Of a stretch of DNA of 20,000 nucleotides, positions 5,736 to 14,146 are shown in pieces (positions within the stretch are counted from its first letter, which is position 1; each line of letters opens with the position of its first letter). Source of the stretch: an uncultured virus (IMG/VR IMGVR_UViG_3300005573_000061) (taxonomy: Duplodnaviria; Heunggongvirae; Uroviricota; Caudoviricetes); the IMG/VR virus record IMGVR_UViG_3300005573_000061. One strand, 5' to 3'. A program made the position numbers and the translations under genes. The notes beneath the pieces are model-generated. The model saw nothing but the letters and a program-made list of their open reading frames with translations, did no database searches and was not told the DNA's origin.

Positions 5736-8700
5736 GTAGTAGTTACGCTACTGGCGCTCACTGATGCTGTAAGGGTTATAGTGCCCAAAGGTGGGTATAT
5801 CTGAGTCTCTTCGTGACCCTGGACAATCTGTCCCACTATAGCTTGGTCATCATTGACACCGATTCGGTAGTAAGAAATCGTATCCTTGAATCCGGCACCG
5901 ATATCGCTCGTAACAATTCTGGTGAAGTGACCATTTATGTGGTTTGCTACATCCGAGAAGTTAAAGCTATCAAACGTGTTGGCGATCTTATGGATAATAG
6001 AAGATGCTGAATCCAAGAATGAGCCGCTAATTGTTTCACTTTCAACAGCATTGATAAATTGGCTGAACTGGTTAGTAACTACACCGTCAGGGAACAAATT
6101 AGGAGATTGCTGATAGCCAAGGAACCACCATTTTGGAATAGGCAAATTCCAAGTTTGGAATACTGGGTCATCGAAAATATCCGGAAGCGTATCTGCTGGA
6201 TTTACATTAGGTCCGCTCATAATTGGGTGAACTACTCTATTGAGTTTATTGGCATAGAGCGGACGCATTTGTAGATACGTCACATACATGTTGTTTCTAA
6301 AACAGGTAGCTCTCCAAATAAGCTGGTTACCAGGCAACGGAAACGTCAAGCTTCCACGAGGATTATTGCGAACGCCTGTTGCTTGATAGAAGGTAACTCC
6401 ACCATCGTTGGAGAATTCCCAAACGATTGACTCATCAAACACGGATAATCTGTTGATTTCAACGATATCGCTGGATTCACCTTTTTGCACCACAGCTACC
6501 ATCAAAACATCACTCACGGTAGAGTTGGGTACCGAGCCAATATCATATACATCATAATATTCAGTAATCTGATTTTCAGCTAGACCAGTAATTTCAGATT
6601 CCCAAATTGGATTTCCAGTAATAGTATCAATTAGCTGAAGGTACCAAGGATTAGTAATTGGGGTTAGAGGCACCATGCGAATAGCTACCCACGCTCTACC
6701 TGCGGGAGAAAGAATGAGCCCACCATTAGCCAATCCACCTGCACCATATCCAAGTGAATCAGAGCTATGATTATTACCCAAAATGAGATGTTCTGGTTGG
6801 TGAATGTCACCAATTTGGTATGGATCCTGGGCGTTTTCTTGAGCAATATTGATGCGACGAGAAATGATGATACTGCTATTGATTGAATTGTAACTCAGGT
6901 TAGATGGACCCACATCTCCCACAGCATGCCAAGTAGACGTATCAGTCCAATTGTTTTGTTGTAGCGACGTAGCAATAAACGAATCGTCAGTTACGCACTG
7001 ATATGGTTCGCTTTGCTGCGTAGCAAATTGAACGCCCGTCACATCGGTATAAGAAAAATAGGTTTGGGACTGAGCCACTACAGGCAAAAGATTTGATTGT
7101 GAGGGTGCGGGAGAGATAAGCATTCCTTCTTGCTGATCCCAACTATTTGATTCAATATGAGAATTGTCGTAAAAATGTTCTTTGTAAACATCGGTATCAT
7201 ATTCGGCAGAGATGTTGGTCAAACTCAAAGCAATCTGTTTGAATCCACAGAAGTATGAAACTTTGTTTACCGGCGCTATAGACGAAGTAACATATGTCAT
7301 AGGAGCAATACCGTCTGTCATGGGAGCAGATTGGCCCTGATGATAATCTGAATATGAATAGGCAGGAGACTGGGCTAATGCCTGTGCATATTCAGGATCT
7401 CTAGCTACCATTACTCCCATTGAGCTAGTGGTTAGAGTGTTGGCTGTAGTAGATGGAGGGGTGGGAGATGTTTGTGAATATGGATAAGGGCTCTGTCCCA
7501 AATTACTATTCAACAAAGTAGCAAACCCGGGGGGATTGCTGCCAGGATTTCCAGGTGTAGCAATGCCAGGAGAGATTGCTCCATCGGTAAATGTATTTAC
7601 CGATCGACTAACTGGCATAAATCCTTCGTATTGTTCAGCAGCAAGATTGGTCATCTCAAATCGAATGAAAGATGCACGGATTGGCTCAATAGAGATATTA
7701 CCCTTTGTTAGTACAAAGTCACCCGGGATTGGGGTCCAATTAATATTTGGATAGAAAGAGGTAGGACCGCCTACCATCCCGGTTGGATTCAAATCAGTAA
7801 CAAAGTTAGAGTTATAACGCAAAACTGCGTTGTTTGTGTTGTCTTGTGTGTACACCGAATAGTATTCGCCCTTGTAGGTGTAAGAAGAAGGATCGGTAAA
7901 GAAACTATTGATAGTGTAATTATTGAGAGTTTCGTTCTTAAGTACAAGGTTGTACAGAAGCATTCCTGAAGTAGAAGGTGCTGTTACATTAGCATCATTG
8001 ATTCCACCGATGGTGATATAAGTGCTCAGTGGTGTAAGATCAGATTCAGCGCTTGGAGCAGCAAAGAACTGGTTGACGATAGCGTTTGATCCGATTTGGA
8101 AAGACAAGAACCATCCAGCAGATGTGCATCCAGCTACCAGGGTGATATGAGATCCTAAAGGCAAAATAGCCGGTACAGTTACTTGGTTTCCAGCCGATGG
8201 GCTGATGGCAAACCATTGGTTACCATAATCGTAATAAACGACGGTACCCTCAAGATCGATCAGAGGAATAATGCCAGTTTCATCGGTGGCATTAGAGATA
8301 AATTCTAATCCTACCCACCAATCGGCATTGGGGTTATATTGCACCGCTGAATTCTGTATAGAGATATCTCCCAATGTTCCTGTACTTTGAGGAAATTGAA
8401 GACCTGTCCCAGTATCATAAACATTTCCCGAAATTATAGCAATGGGAGCGGTCAATGAGGTATCGTTTGCCTCATTGGTGGTTGATGGGATGACCGGATC
8501 ATTACTCCAATACAAAGTTGCGTGGACTCCAATATGGGTGGGGTCCACATAGATAGTATCAATTTGTTGAGCGTTTCCATTACCATCTCTTGTATCAATA
8601 ACATAATTGACTACAGCATTAACTATTGGCTGCGGCTCACATCTCCACTGGGTGGGACTATTTTGTATTGGCCCATTGGGGGATTCACTGTAAAGCTTGT

Positions 8701-10516
8701 AGGTAACGGTGCGACCAAGAATGTCAGTAGATGAATCAAGGGCTGTTCCAGTAGGAGCAATCGGTAAATCATTGGCCGAATTGATCTGAAAGCCTACCTT
8801 GAAATCACGCAAACCTAGAGAGTAAGGTTGAGGAGCTACAATCTGACTGAAATTACCATTAGCATCTGGATACATAGTGGTAAATTCTGTGACTGGAGGA
8901 ATTCCTTGGATACGTTGCAGAACCACACGGCATCGCTGAAAATTCACAGGAGGGAATTTAAAGGCCATGTTATCCCAGTGGCCCTCTCCTTGGTGTTGAG
9001 GGTGGACCTTGTTTTTTAGAGCCTCCTCAGCGTTTGGTAGCACGTATGGTACAGAATCATAAATGGACGTAGATCCTGCATCTACCCACACTAAATTATT
9101 TGGATCAAAATACTGGAATACAATATTTTGTGGGAAGTGCGCTACATCAAAAGATACGATGTTGGCAACGTGCTGGTTACCCATGCGGAATTCGATAATA
9201 TCTAGGGTAGGATCATCCATGTTTCTGTTGTCGGTAGACCAGAAATTAAGATTATTATTGATGCCAGCTTGAGTTACAGTGCGATTGGTATTTGTTTGGA
9301 TAGCCTGGATAAGTTGCGCCGCAGACATTCCATCGAAATAGAGATCCGATACACTAGGGTTGACAGTGTTGGTACCCGCTCCAGAAAGTACATTGATGCT
9401 CATAACGCCATCCAGTGAGTAGCGACTGAGAGCAGTTTGCCATCCTGGCATAATGGCGTGGTTTGGAGAAAAGCTGGTAGTAGAGCCATCCGCCCATTGA
9501 ATTTGCTGGTAATCAATGTCACCAATCAAATTGAAATTCTCGGTATTAGAATAAGATAAACTTCCAATAATGAAGCTGTTATAATACCATTGTTCACCGA
9601 TATATGAGTTGAATGGTGGTTGTAGATGAGGTGTGCTTACTCCATTGATTATCACGTCCGATTCTATTTCCCAATAGCTAGAATCTGCCCACGCATTTTG
9701 TAATGGGATGTTATAAACTGGATCTATGATTCCCCCGACATTAATGGTGTATACAGTATTAGCGGGCTTGAGGACATCTAACACCAACTTGAGATTGTAG
9801 GCATCTACCACCCCAATAGACTCTAAAGGTGAGATAATGAACTGATTGTTGATGAGAGAGTTTGATACGCCTTCGGTTCTGCCCTCTAATTCACCGAAGG
9901 TGAAGGTATCCATCGTTCCGAAGGTATAATTACTATCAAAGTATCCGAATGTTTGACCCTGCTGTGCTGCATACACAAAACTCTCTTGCACTACGCAGGG
10001 AATTCCTAGGATCGCCTCGGAAATCAAACGAATTCCTAAGGCTGACGGGGCATATCCGATCGATCTTGCAAAATTGAATAAACGAGCCTTATAGGATACA
10101 TCAGCCTGCTGAAGGGTGCGCCAATCGGACTGACTTAAAATATCTTTAGTTGGATCAACGATGCTACCATTGATTAATAATTGCTCTGAGGGAGTACGTT
10201 GAATTCCGAATACGAACCCGTAAAAACTATCTAAATCATAAAAGCTAGATGACTGTAAAGTCTGAGATAGACGACTACGATTCAAACGCTTAAGTAGCTG
10301 GCCCACCCCAGCATCACCAAGGATGGTGCGCATAAATTTCACCAAATGACTGGTGGGCTGAAGATTATAGACTTGTGGAGGAAAATTAGAAAACTGCGAT
10401 CCAGTTTGAATTACATTAACTAAAGGAGCAGTAACGGTATCTAGGTTAGCGGTAGCTACAGATCCACTCTGTGTTACAATCTGTTGTATCTCGCCGGGGC
10501 TAGTTGTAAGACTCAT
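5732..10516 (-). CDS. Large baseplate wedge/tail protein (P2 gpI-like N-terminus plus multiple beta-rich putative binding domains), 1594 aa
   Basis: Directly follows baseplate J. The N-terminal ~265 aa has a gpI-like pattern (DLDSFYGFVFGIQR...DVSYKARL...LDVLKPANTVYTI). The rest is rich in S/T/N and aromatics, with segments resembling discoidin/F5-8 and LamG sandwiches (inferred). Confidence 0.75.
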   Translation of the reverse strand: MSLTTSPGEIQQIVTQSGSVATANLDTVTAPLVNVIQTGSQFSNFPPQVYNLQPTSHLVKFMRTILGDAGVGQLLKRLNRSRLSQTLQSSSFYDLDSFYGFVFGIQRTPSEQLLINGSIVDPTKDILSQSDWRTLQQADVSYKARLFNFARSIGYAPSALGIRLISEAILGIPCVVQESFVYAAQQGQTFGYFDSNYTFGTMDTFTFGELEGRTEGVSNSLINNQFIISPLESIGVVDAYNLKLVLDVLKPANTVYTINVGGIIDPVYNIPLQNAWADSSYWEIESDVIINGVSTPHLQPPFNSYIGEQWYYNSFIIGSLSYSNTENFNLIGDIDYQQIQWADGSTTSFSPNHAIMPGWQTALSRYSLDGVMSINVLSGAGTNTVNPSVSDLYFDGMSAAQLIQAIQTNTNRTVTQAGINNNLNFWSTDNRNMDDPTLDIIEFRMGNQHVANIVSFDVAHFPQNIVFQYFDPNNLVWVDAGSTSIYDSVPYVLPNAEEALKNKVHPQHQGEGHWDNMAFKFPPVNFQRCRVVLQRIQGIPPVTEFTTMYPDANGNFSQIVAPQPYSLGLRDFKVGFQINSANDLPIAPTGTALDSSTDILGRTVTYKLYSESPNGPIQNSPTQWRCEPQPIVNAVVNYVIDTRDGNGNAQQIDTIYVDPTHIGVHATLYWSNDPVIPSTTNEANDTSLTAPIAIISGNVYDTGTGLQFPQSTGTLGDISIQNSAVQYNPNADWWVGLEFISNATDETGIIPLIDLEGTVVYYDYGNQWFAISPSAGNQVTVPAILPLGSHITLVAGCTSAGWFLSFQIGSNAIVNQFFAAPSAESDLTPLSTYITIGGINDANVTAPSTSGMLLYNLVLKNETLNNYTINSFFTDPSSYTYKGEYYSVYTQDNTNNAVLRYNSNFVTDLNPTGMVGGPTSFYPNINWTPIPGDFVLTKGNISIEPIRASFIRFEMTNLAAEQYEGFMPVSRSVNTFTDGAISPGIATPGNPGSNPPGFATLLNSNLGQSPYPYSQTSPTPPSTTANTLTTSSMGVMVARDPEYAQALAQSPAYSYSDYHQGQSAPMTDGIAPMTYVTSSIAPVNKVSYFCGFKQIALSLTNISAEYDTDVYKEHFYDNSHIESNSWDQQEGMLISPAPSQSNLLPVVAQSQTYFSYTDVTGVQFATQQSEPYQCVTDDSFIATSLQQNNWTDTSTWHAVGDVGPSNLSYNSINSSIIISRRINIAQENAQDPYQIGDIHQPEHLILGNNHSSDSLGYGAGGLANGGLILSPAGRAWVAIRMVPLTPITNPWYLQLIDTITGNPIWESEITGLAENQITEYYDVYDIGSVPNSTVSDVLMVAVVQKGESSDIVEINRLSVFDESIVWEFSNDGGVTFYQATGVRNNPRGSLTFPLPGNQLIWRATCFRNNMYVTYLQMRPLYANKLNRVVHPIMSGPNVNPADTLPDIFDDPVFQTWNLPIPKWWFLGYQQSPNLFPDGVVTNQFSQFINAVESETISGSFLDSASSIIHKIANTFDSFNFSDVANHINGHFTRIVTSDIGAGFKDTISYYRIGVNDDQAIVGQIVQGHEETQIYPPLGTITLTASVSASSVTTT

Positions 10517-12961
10517 TTAGGCTCCATTTTGGAACGTGTTAGCTGCTCTCAAGATTAAATTAACTCCATTGAGCACAGGCAACGTATCGTCATTTAGTCT
10601 TATGTCCGTTGCTCGGCTAATAGACCCCACCGTCCCACTGTTGGTTGAGTAAGTTTCAACCAGTGCTCCCGCAGATGTAAATTCTTGAATTGCATAGTTT
10701 GACGCATCATCAGCCGATGTAGCAAATCGTACTGATTGAATACCAGGAACTGGACCCACCGCACTGAGAATGGCAGATGTAGAAACGATGCCATCAAAAC
10801 CAATGGAGTTAAAAACTGCTTGGATAGCAGATTCTACCAATGATTGTACTGAAGAAATGGTACTCCCTGATCCCAGCACCACCACAAGATTGACAACAAA
10901 GTAAATTAGAATAGCTTGATGGACCCATACATCACTAGTGATCATGCGCCATCCCTGAAGAGCGGTTTCAATTTCACTGGGTAAAGCGTTATAGTCATAG
11001 CTCAAATTTATGAGTGAATTGGCTGGTGGGAGAGCGGGGGCAGAAACGGGGGATGTGGTAAATTCAATTCCAGAATAACTATGAGCGGTACCACCCTGAG
11101 CGGTTATATCGTTGACCAACCAATAATCTACGCCCAGATAATAAGTTTGGGCTCCCACATCGCTAGCTTGGCCCTGGTCGGTCGAAACAAGAATGCCACC
11201 AATTGTTTGGTAGCTGGAGCTAGTGACTGGCGTTCCACCCGAACTAGCGATAGAAATTTGAGAAGGTAATTCAGTGACCGGGGTAAATCCAAGAGGAATA
11301 AAGTAGTTGCCTGAAACAGGGTTACTTCCGTCCGGTCGCTTAAAATTCTGCACATAATACGGGCTAGTGGTTGAATTATTGAACGCTATATTTGTAGTGA
11401 ATGGAATCGTTTGCGTAGCCTGCTGAATATCATTACCGGCTACATAAATGTCTACTTTGTTTATTACACCATTGGCTGGATCATTACGGCTACAAATGGG
11501 TGTGTAATCAAATTGAAATTCATAAATACCGTCTGGGAAATTTTTAGCATCAATTGAAGTTACAGTAGGAGCATATCCGCTTGTATTGGTAGATGGTTGA
11601 GCTTGCCCGTAGGAAGTAGGACCGACAGAGCCTCCCGATGTGTATGCAGAGGTAACATTAGCGGTGATCTGAAAATTGGTTGCATTGATAACGGTTACAG
11701 TCCAGTTACCATTTGCTTGGGTAGCTCCTTCTACTCCTGATATGGTTGCTTGTTCACCGGTTACTAACCCATGAGGAGAAGATGTGGTAACAGTGGATGG
11801 GTTAGATTGAGTTATATTAGAAATGGCAGCGCTGGATATTCCTTCATCATTCCACCCAGATGCCGTAGCAGGAACAATTGCCACTAATGTTTCAGATCCC
11901 GATACTGATCCTTCATAAATGTAGACCCATTGCGCACCGGCTCGTGCCACCCAGGTTAATTCGGCAGCACTACCGGCCGAAGCTATATCCACCGAAACGC
12001 TAGATGATGCAGAGCTTATTCCGGTTTCATTACCCCAAGCGATGCGATAATATCTCGTACCTGTATATGTTGCTGTTGCATTGGTCACCGAAGATACGGC
12101 AAAGTTATCCGGGGAGCTAGTGCTAGGTGCGCTCAATGCGTATGTATTTGGATTGATGGTATAGTTAACATTAGGCGTCAAAAGGTCCCCACCACTGATA
12201 CTGGGACCAAACACATAATTTTGATCATAGATATATTTGGCGGATTGAACCTCTGATTGACCAGTCCCATTAATTACCTGTAATTGTTCATCCCATACTT
12301 TATAGGCACCTATCACGTTAGCCGCCGTGGTATTGGGGTTTTCTAGAGCCGTTCCCAAATACTGAGAAACTGTACCTGCTAAGTTACGGAATACGGTATT
12401 TTTGAATCTGTTAATTAGGGATTGGTCTGATTCAGCATCATTGCCTCCCGAAGTAGCGGAGGTATTAGTAACTGCTGTGATACCATTGAGAGGGGTAGTG
12501 ATAGCATTGATTTGATTAGCCTCTACATTGCCCGTAGAGCCAGCTACAGTTGCCACCACTGGCACATCTACACTCACAGATCCCAGTGATAATGTCGAGG
12601 TAGTAATTACGGTGAATTTAACTACAGGGCTACTATTAGTAGAAACTGTTGTGCCAGCTTGAATAGAGATAGCTTGGGTTGCTGGTGATGGTGTCGTAAA
12701 AGTGACTACACCGCTAGCTCTAGTAGCTGGAAATCTGGTAAAGCCAAATTCATTTACGAAATCATCTAGTGATGTTCCTGTCAGAGAAGAAATATCATAC
12801 TGATTGTTTATAAAGTATTGATTGACATACGCAGACGAAAGCTGAGAAGAAAATTGATCAATTACCTTACGTAACGGCGTACCAATACTGGTATCCAAAT
12901 TAGGCTCTGTGACCAATAGCCCTTGTGTTATTTGAGAAGCAATATCGGAAGCTGATGGCAT
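10517..12961 (-). CDS. Baseplate J/gp47-family wedge protein with inserted domains, 814 aa
   Basis: Typical J signatures: LTGTSLDDFVNEFGFTRFPATRASGVVTF, VPVVATVAGSTGNVEANQI, VTNTSATSGGNDAESDQSLINR. Confidence 0.93.
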   Translation of the reverse strand: MPSASDIASQITQGLLVTEPNLDTSIGTPLRKVIDQFSSQLSSAYVNQYFINNQYDISSLTGTSLDDFVNEFGFTRFPATRASGVVTFTTPSPATQAISIQAGTTVSTNSSPVVKFTVITTSTLSLGSVSVDVPVVATVAGSTGNVEANQINAITTPLNGITAVTNTSATSGGNDAESDQSLINRFKNTVFRNLAGTVSQYLGTALENPNTTAANVIGAYKVWDEQLQVINGTGQSEVQSAKYIYDQNYVFGPSISGGDLLTPNVNYTINPNTYALSAPSTSSPDNFAVSSVTNATATYTGTRYYRIAWGNETGISSASSSVSVDIASAGSAAELTWVARAGAQWVYIYEGSVSGSETLVAIVPATASGWNDEGISSAAISNITQSNPSTVTTSSPHGLVTGEQATISGVEGATQANGNWTVTVINATNFQITANVTSAYTSGGSVGPTSYGQAQPSTNTSGYAPTVTSIDAKNFPDGIYEFQFDYTPICSRNDPANGVINKVDIYVAGNDIQQATQTIPFTTNIAFNNSTTSPYYVQNFKRPDGSNPVSGNYFIPLGFTPVTELPSQISIASSGGTPVTSSSYQTIGGILVSTDQGQASDVGAQTYYLGVDYWLVNDITAQGGTAHSYSGIEFTTSPVSAPALPPANSLINLSYDYNALPSEIETALQGWRMITSDVWVHQAILIYFVVNLVVVLGSGSTISSVQSLVESAIQAVFNSIGFDGIVSTSAILSAVGPVPGIQSVRFATSADDASNYAIQEFTSAGALVETYSTNSGTVGSISRATDIRLNDDTLPVLNGVNLILRAANTFQNGA

Positions 12962-12964
12962 AGA

Positions 12965-13411
12965 TTACCCAATCGTGGTAGCGTTGCTGTTAGTATTTGT
13001 TTTCACAGATAGAACCGCACCGCTGCTAGTTTGAACAGATACCGATGCTTGAATGGTGTCCCCATTTTGAGTTGCGTTGATAGAGTTGACACCAGAGATA
13101 ATTTCATTGTCATTATATTGGTTGGCTAATCCTGCATTAGCTAGCGATTGCATTTTAGATTGTTGCACTGAAATGTAATTAGATACCAAACGATTCAATT
13201 CTGAGTTGACCAGGGTTGAAACATCTGATGTAGAAGCATATCCCACAAAATTATTTATGATGCTTCCCCACCCAGGATGAAAGGGATCAGATCCATAAGG
13301 CTCCATAACAGCACAACTAAGATCCTGTACCACCTTTTTATTCCCAGTGAGGGTGGCAAACCCACCCGATCCTAATACTAAATCACCATTTGAAATTTGC
13401 CATGTATCCAT
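12965..13411 (-). CDS. Baseplate wedge/sheath-initiator protein (gp25/gpW-like)
   Basis: GDLVL...LTGNKKVVQDL...EPYGSDPFHPGWGS motif, 148 aa, immediately upstream of J. Confidence 0.85.
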   Translation of the reverse strand: MDTWQISNGDLVLGSGGFATLTGNKKVVQDLSCAVMEPYGSDPFHPGWGSIINNFVGYASTSDVSTLVNSELNRLVSNYISVQQSKMQSLANAGLANQYNDNEIISGVNSINATQNGDTIQASVSVQTSSGAVLSVKTNTNSNATTIG

Positions 13412-13426
13412 AACGCTCAGTTTATC

Positions 13427-14146
13427 CTAAATAATCGGTATACTCATAATTTCTAACTTACCATTCGTATAATTGGTGGAATTACCATTCAAAACCGAGA
13501 TGGTTACTGTGTAGGTATGAGAACCGGGGGTAGTTGTTAGCTGTCCAAAATCGGCAATTGTGTCATAATCTCCCGCAAAAACACTTACTGCTTGTGGAGA
13601 TATTTCTTTTCCATCTTCTAAAAAGACCGCATTATAGCTTACTGAGCCAGTAGTATTTGTGTTAACTAAACCTAAGCTGTAAGACCATCTAATATATGTA
13701 TTGGTATCACAAGTGAGGGATAATGCGGTGACCCCTATCGGAGTAGCGGTTCCTGTTCCTGTGGAAGTATATCCTAATGGATATGTTCCCCTTAACTCAT
13801 TCCAATCTCCAGTAAACTTTAAGAAGCCTAAATCTTGAAGGGCTAAAACCACCCCTATAATGTCAGATGCTTGAGGCTCTACTTGCACCATCCGAGCGCC
13901 AAATGTCCAGGTTCCTCGATCCTTATTTAAAGTCCAGGTTTCTCCAACCTGAGGATATGCTCCAGACCCTACATATGTCGATACACCCACTTGACGTAGC
14001 ACTTTGAATTGATCGACTGTGACAGCAATTCCTTTTGGATCCGAATTGACATTGCCAGCCTGAGATTTGTCGATTCCCACAACATATGCCTGAACCGGGA
14101 AACCGGTCGTATTGATAAATTGTTGGGGGGTGCCGAGAGCTTTCAT
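13427..14146 (-). CDS. Putative baseplate central spike (gpV-like OB-fold N-terminus plus C-terminal beta domain)
   Basis: Lies between the hub and gp25-like genes. PQVGETW resembles the PxVGExV OB-fold motif of spikes; the C-terminus is beta-rich. Confidence 0.55.
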   Translation of the reverse strand: MKALGTPQQFINTTGFPVQAYVVGIDKSQAGNVNSDPKGIAVTVDQFKVLRQVGVSTYVGSGAYPQVGETWTLNKDRGTWTFGARMVQVEPQASDIIGVVLALQDLGFLKFTGDWNELRGTYPLGYTSTGTGTATPIGVTALSLTCDTNTYIRWSYSLGLVNTNTTGSVSYNAVFLEDGKEISPQAVSVFAGDYDTIADFGQLTTTPGSHTYTVTISVLNGNSTNYTNGKLEIMSIPII

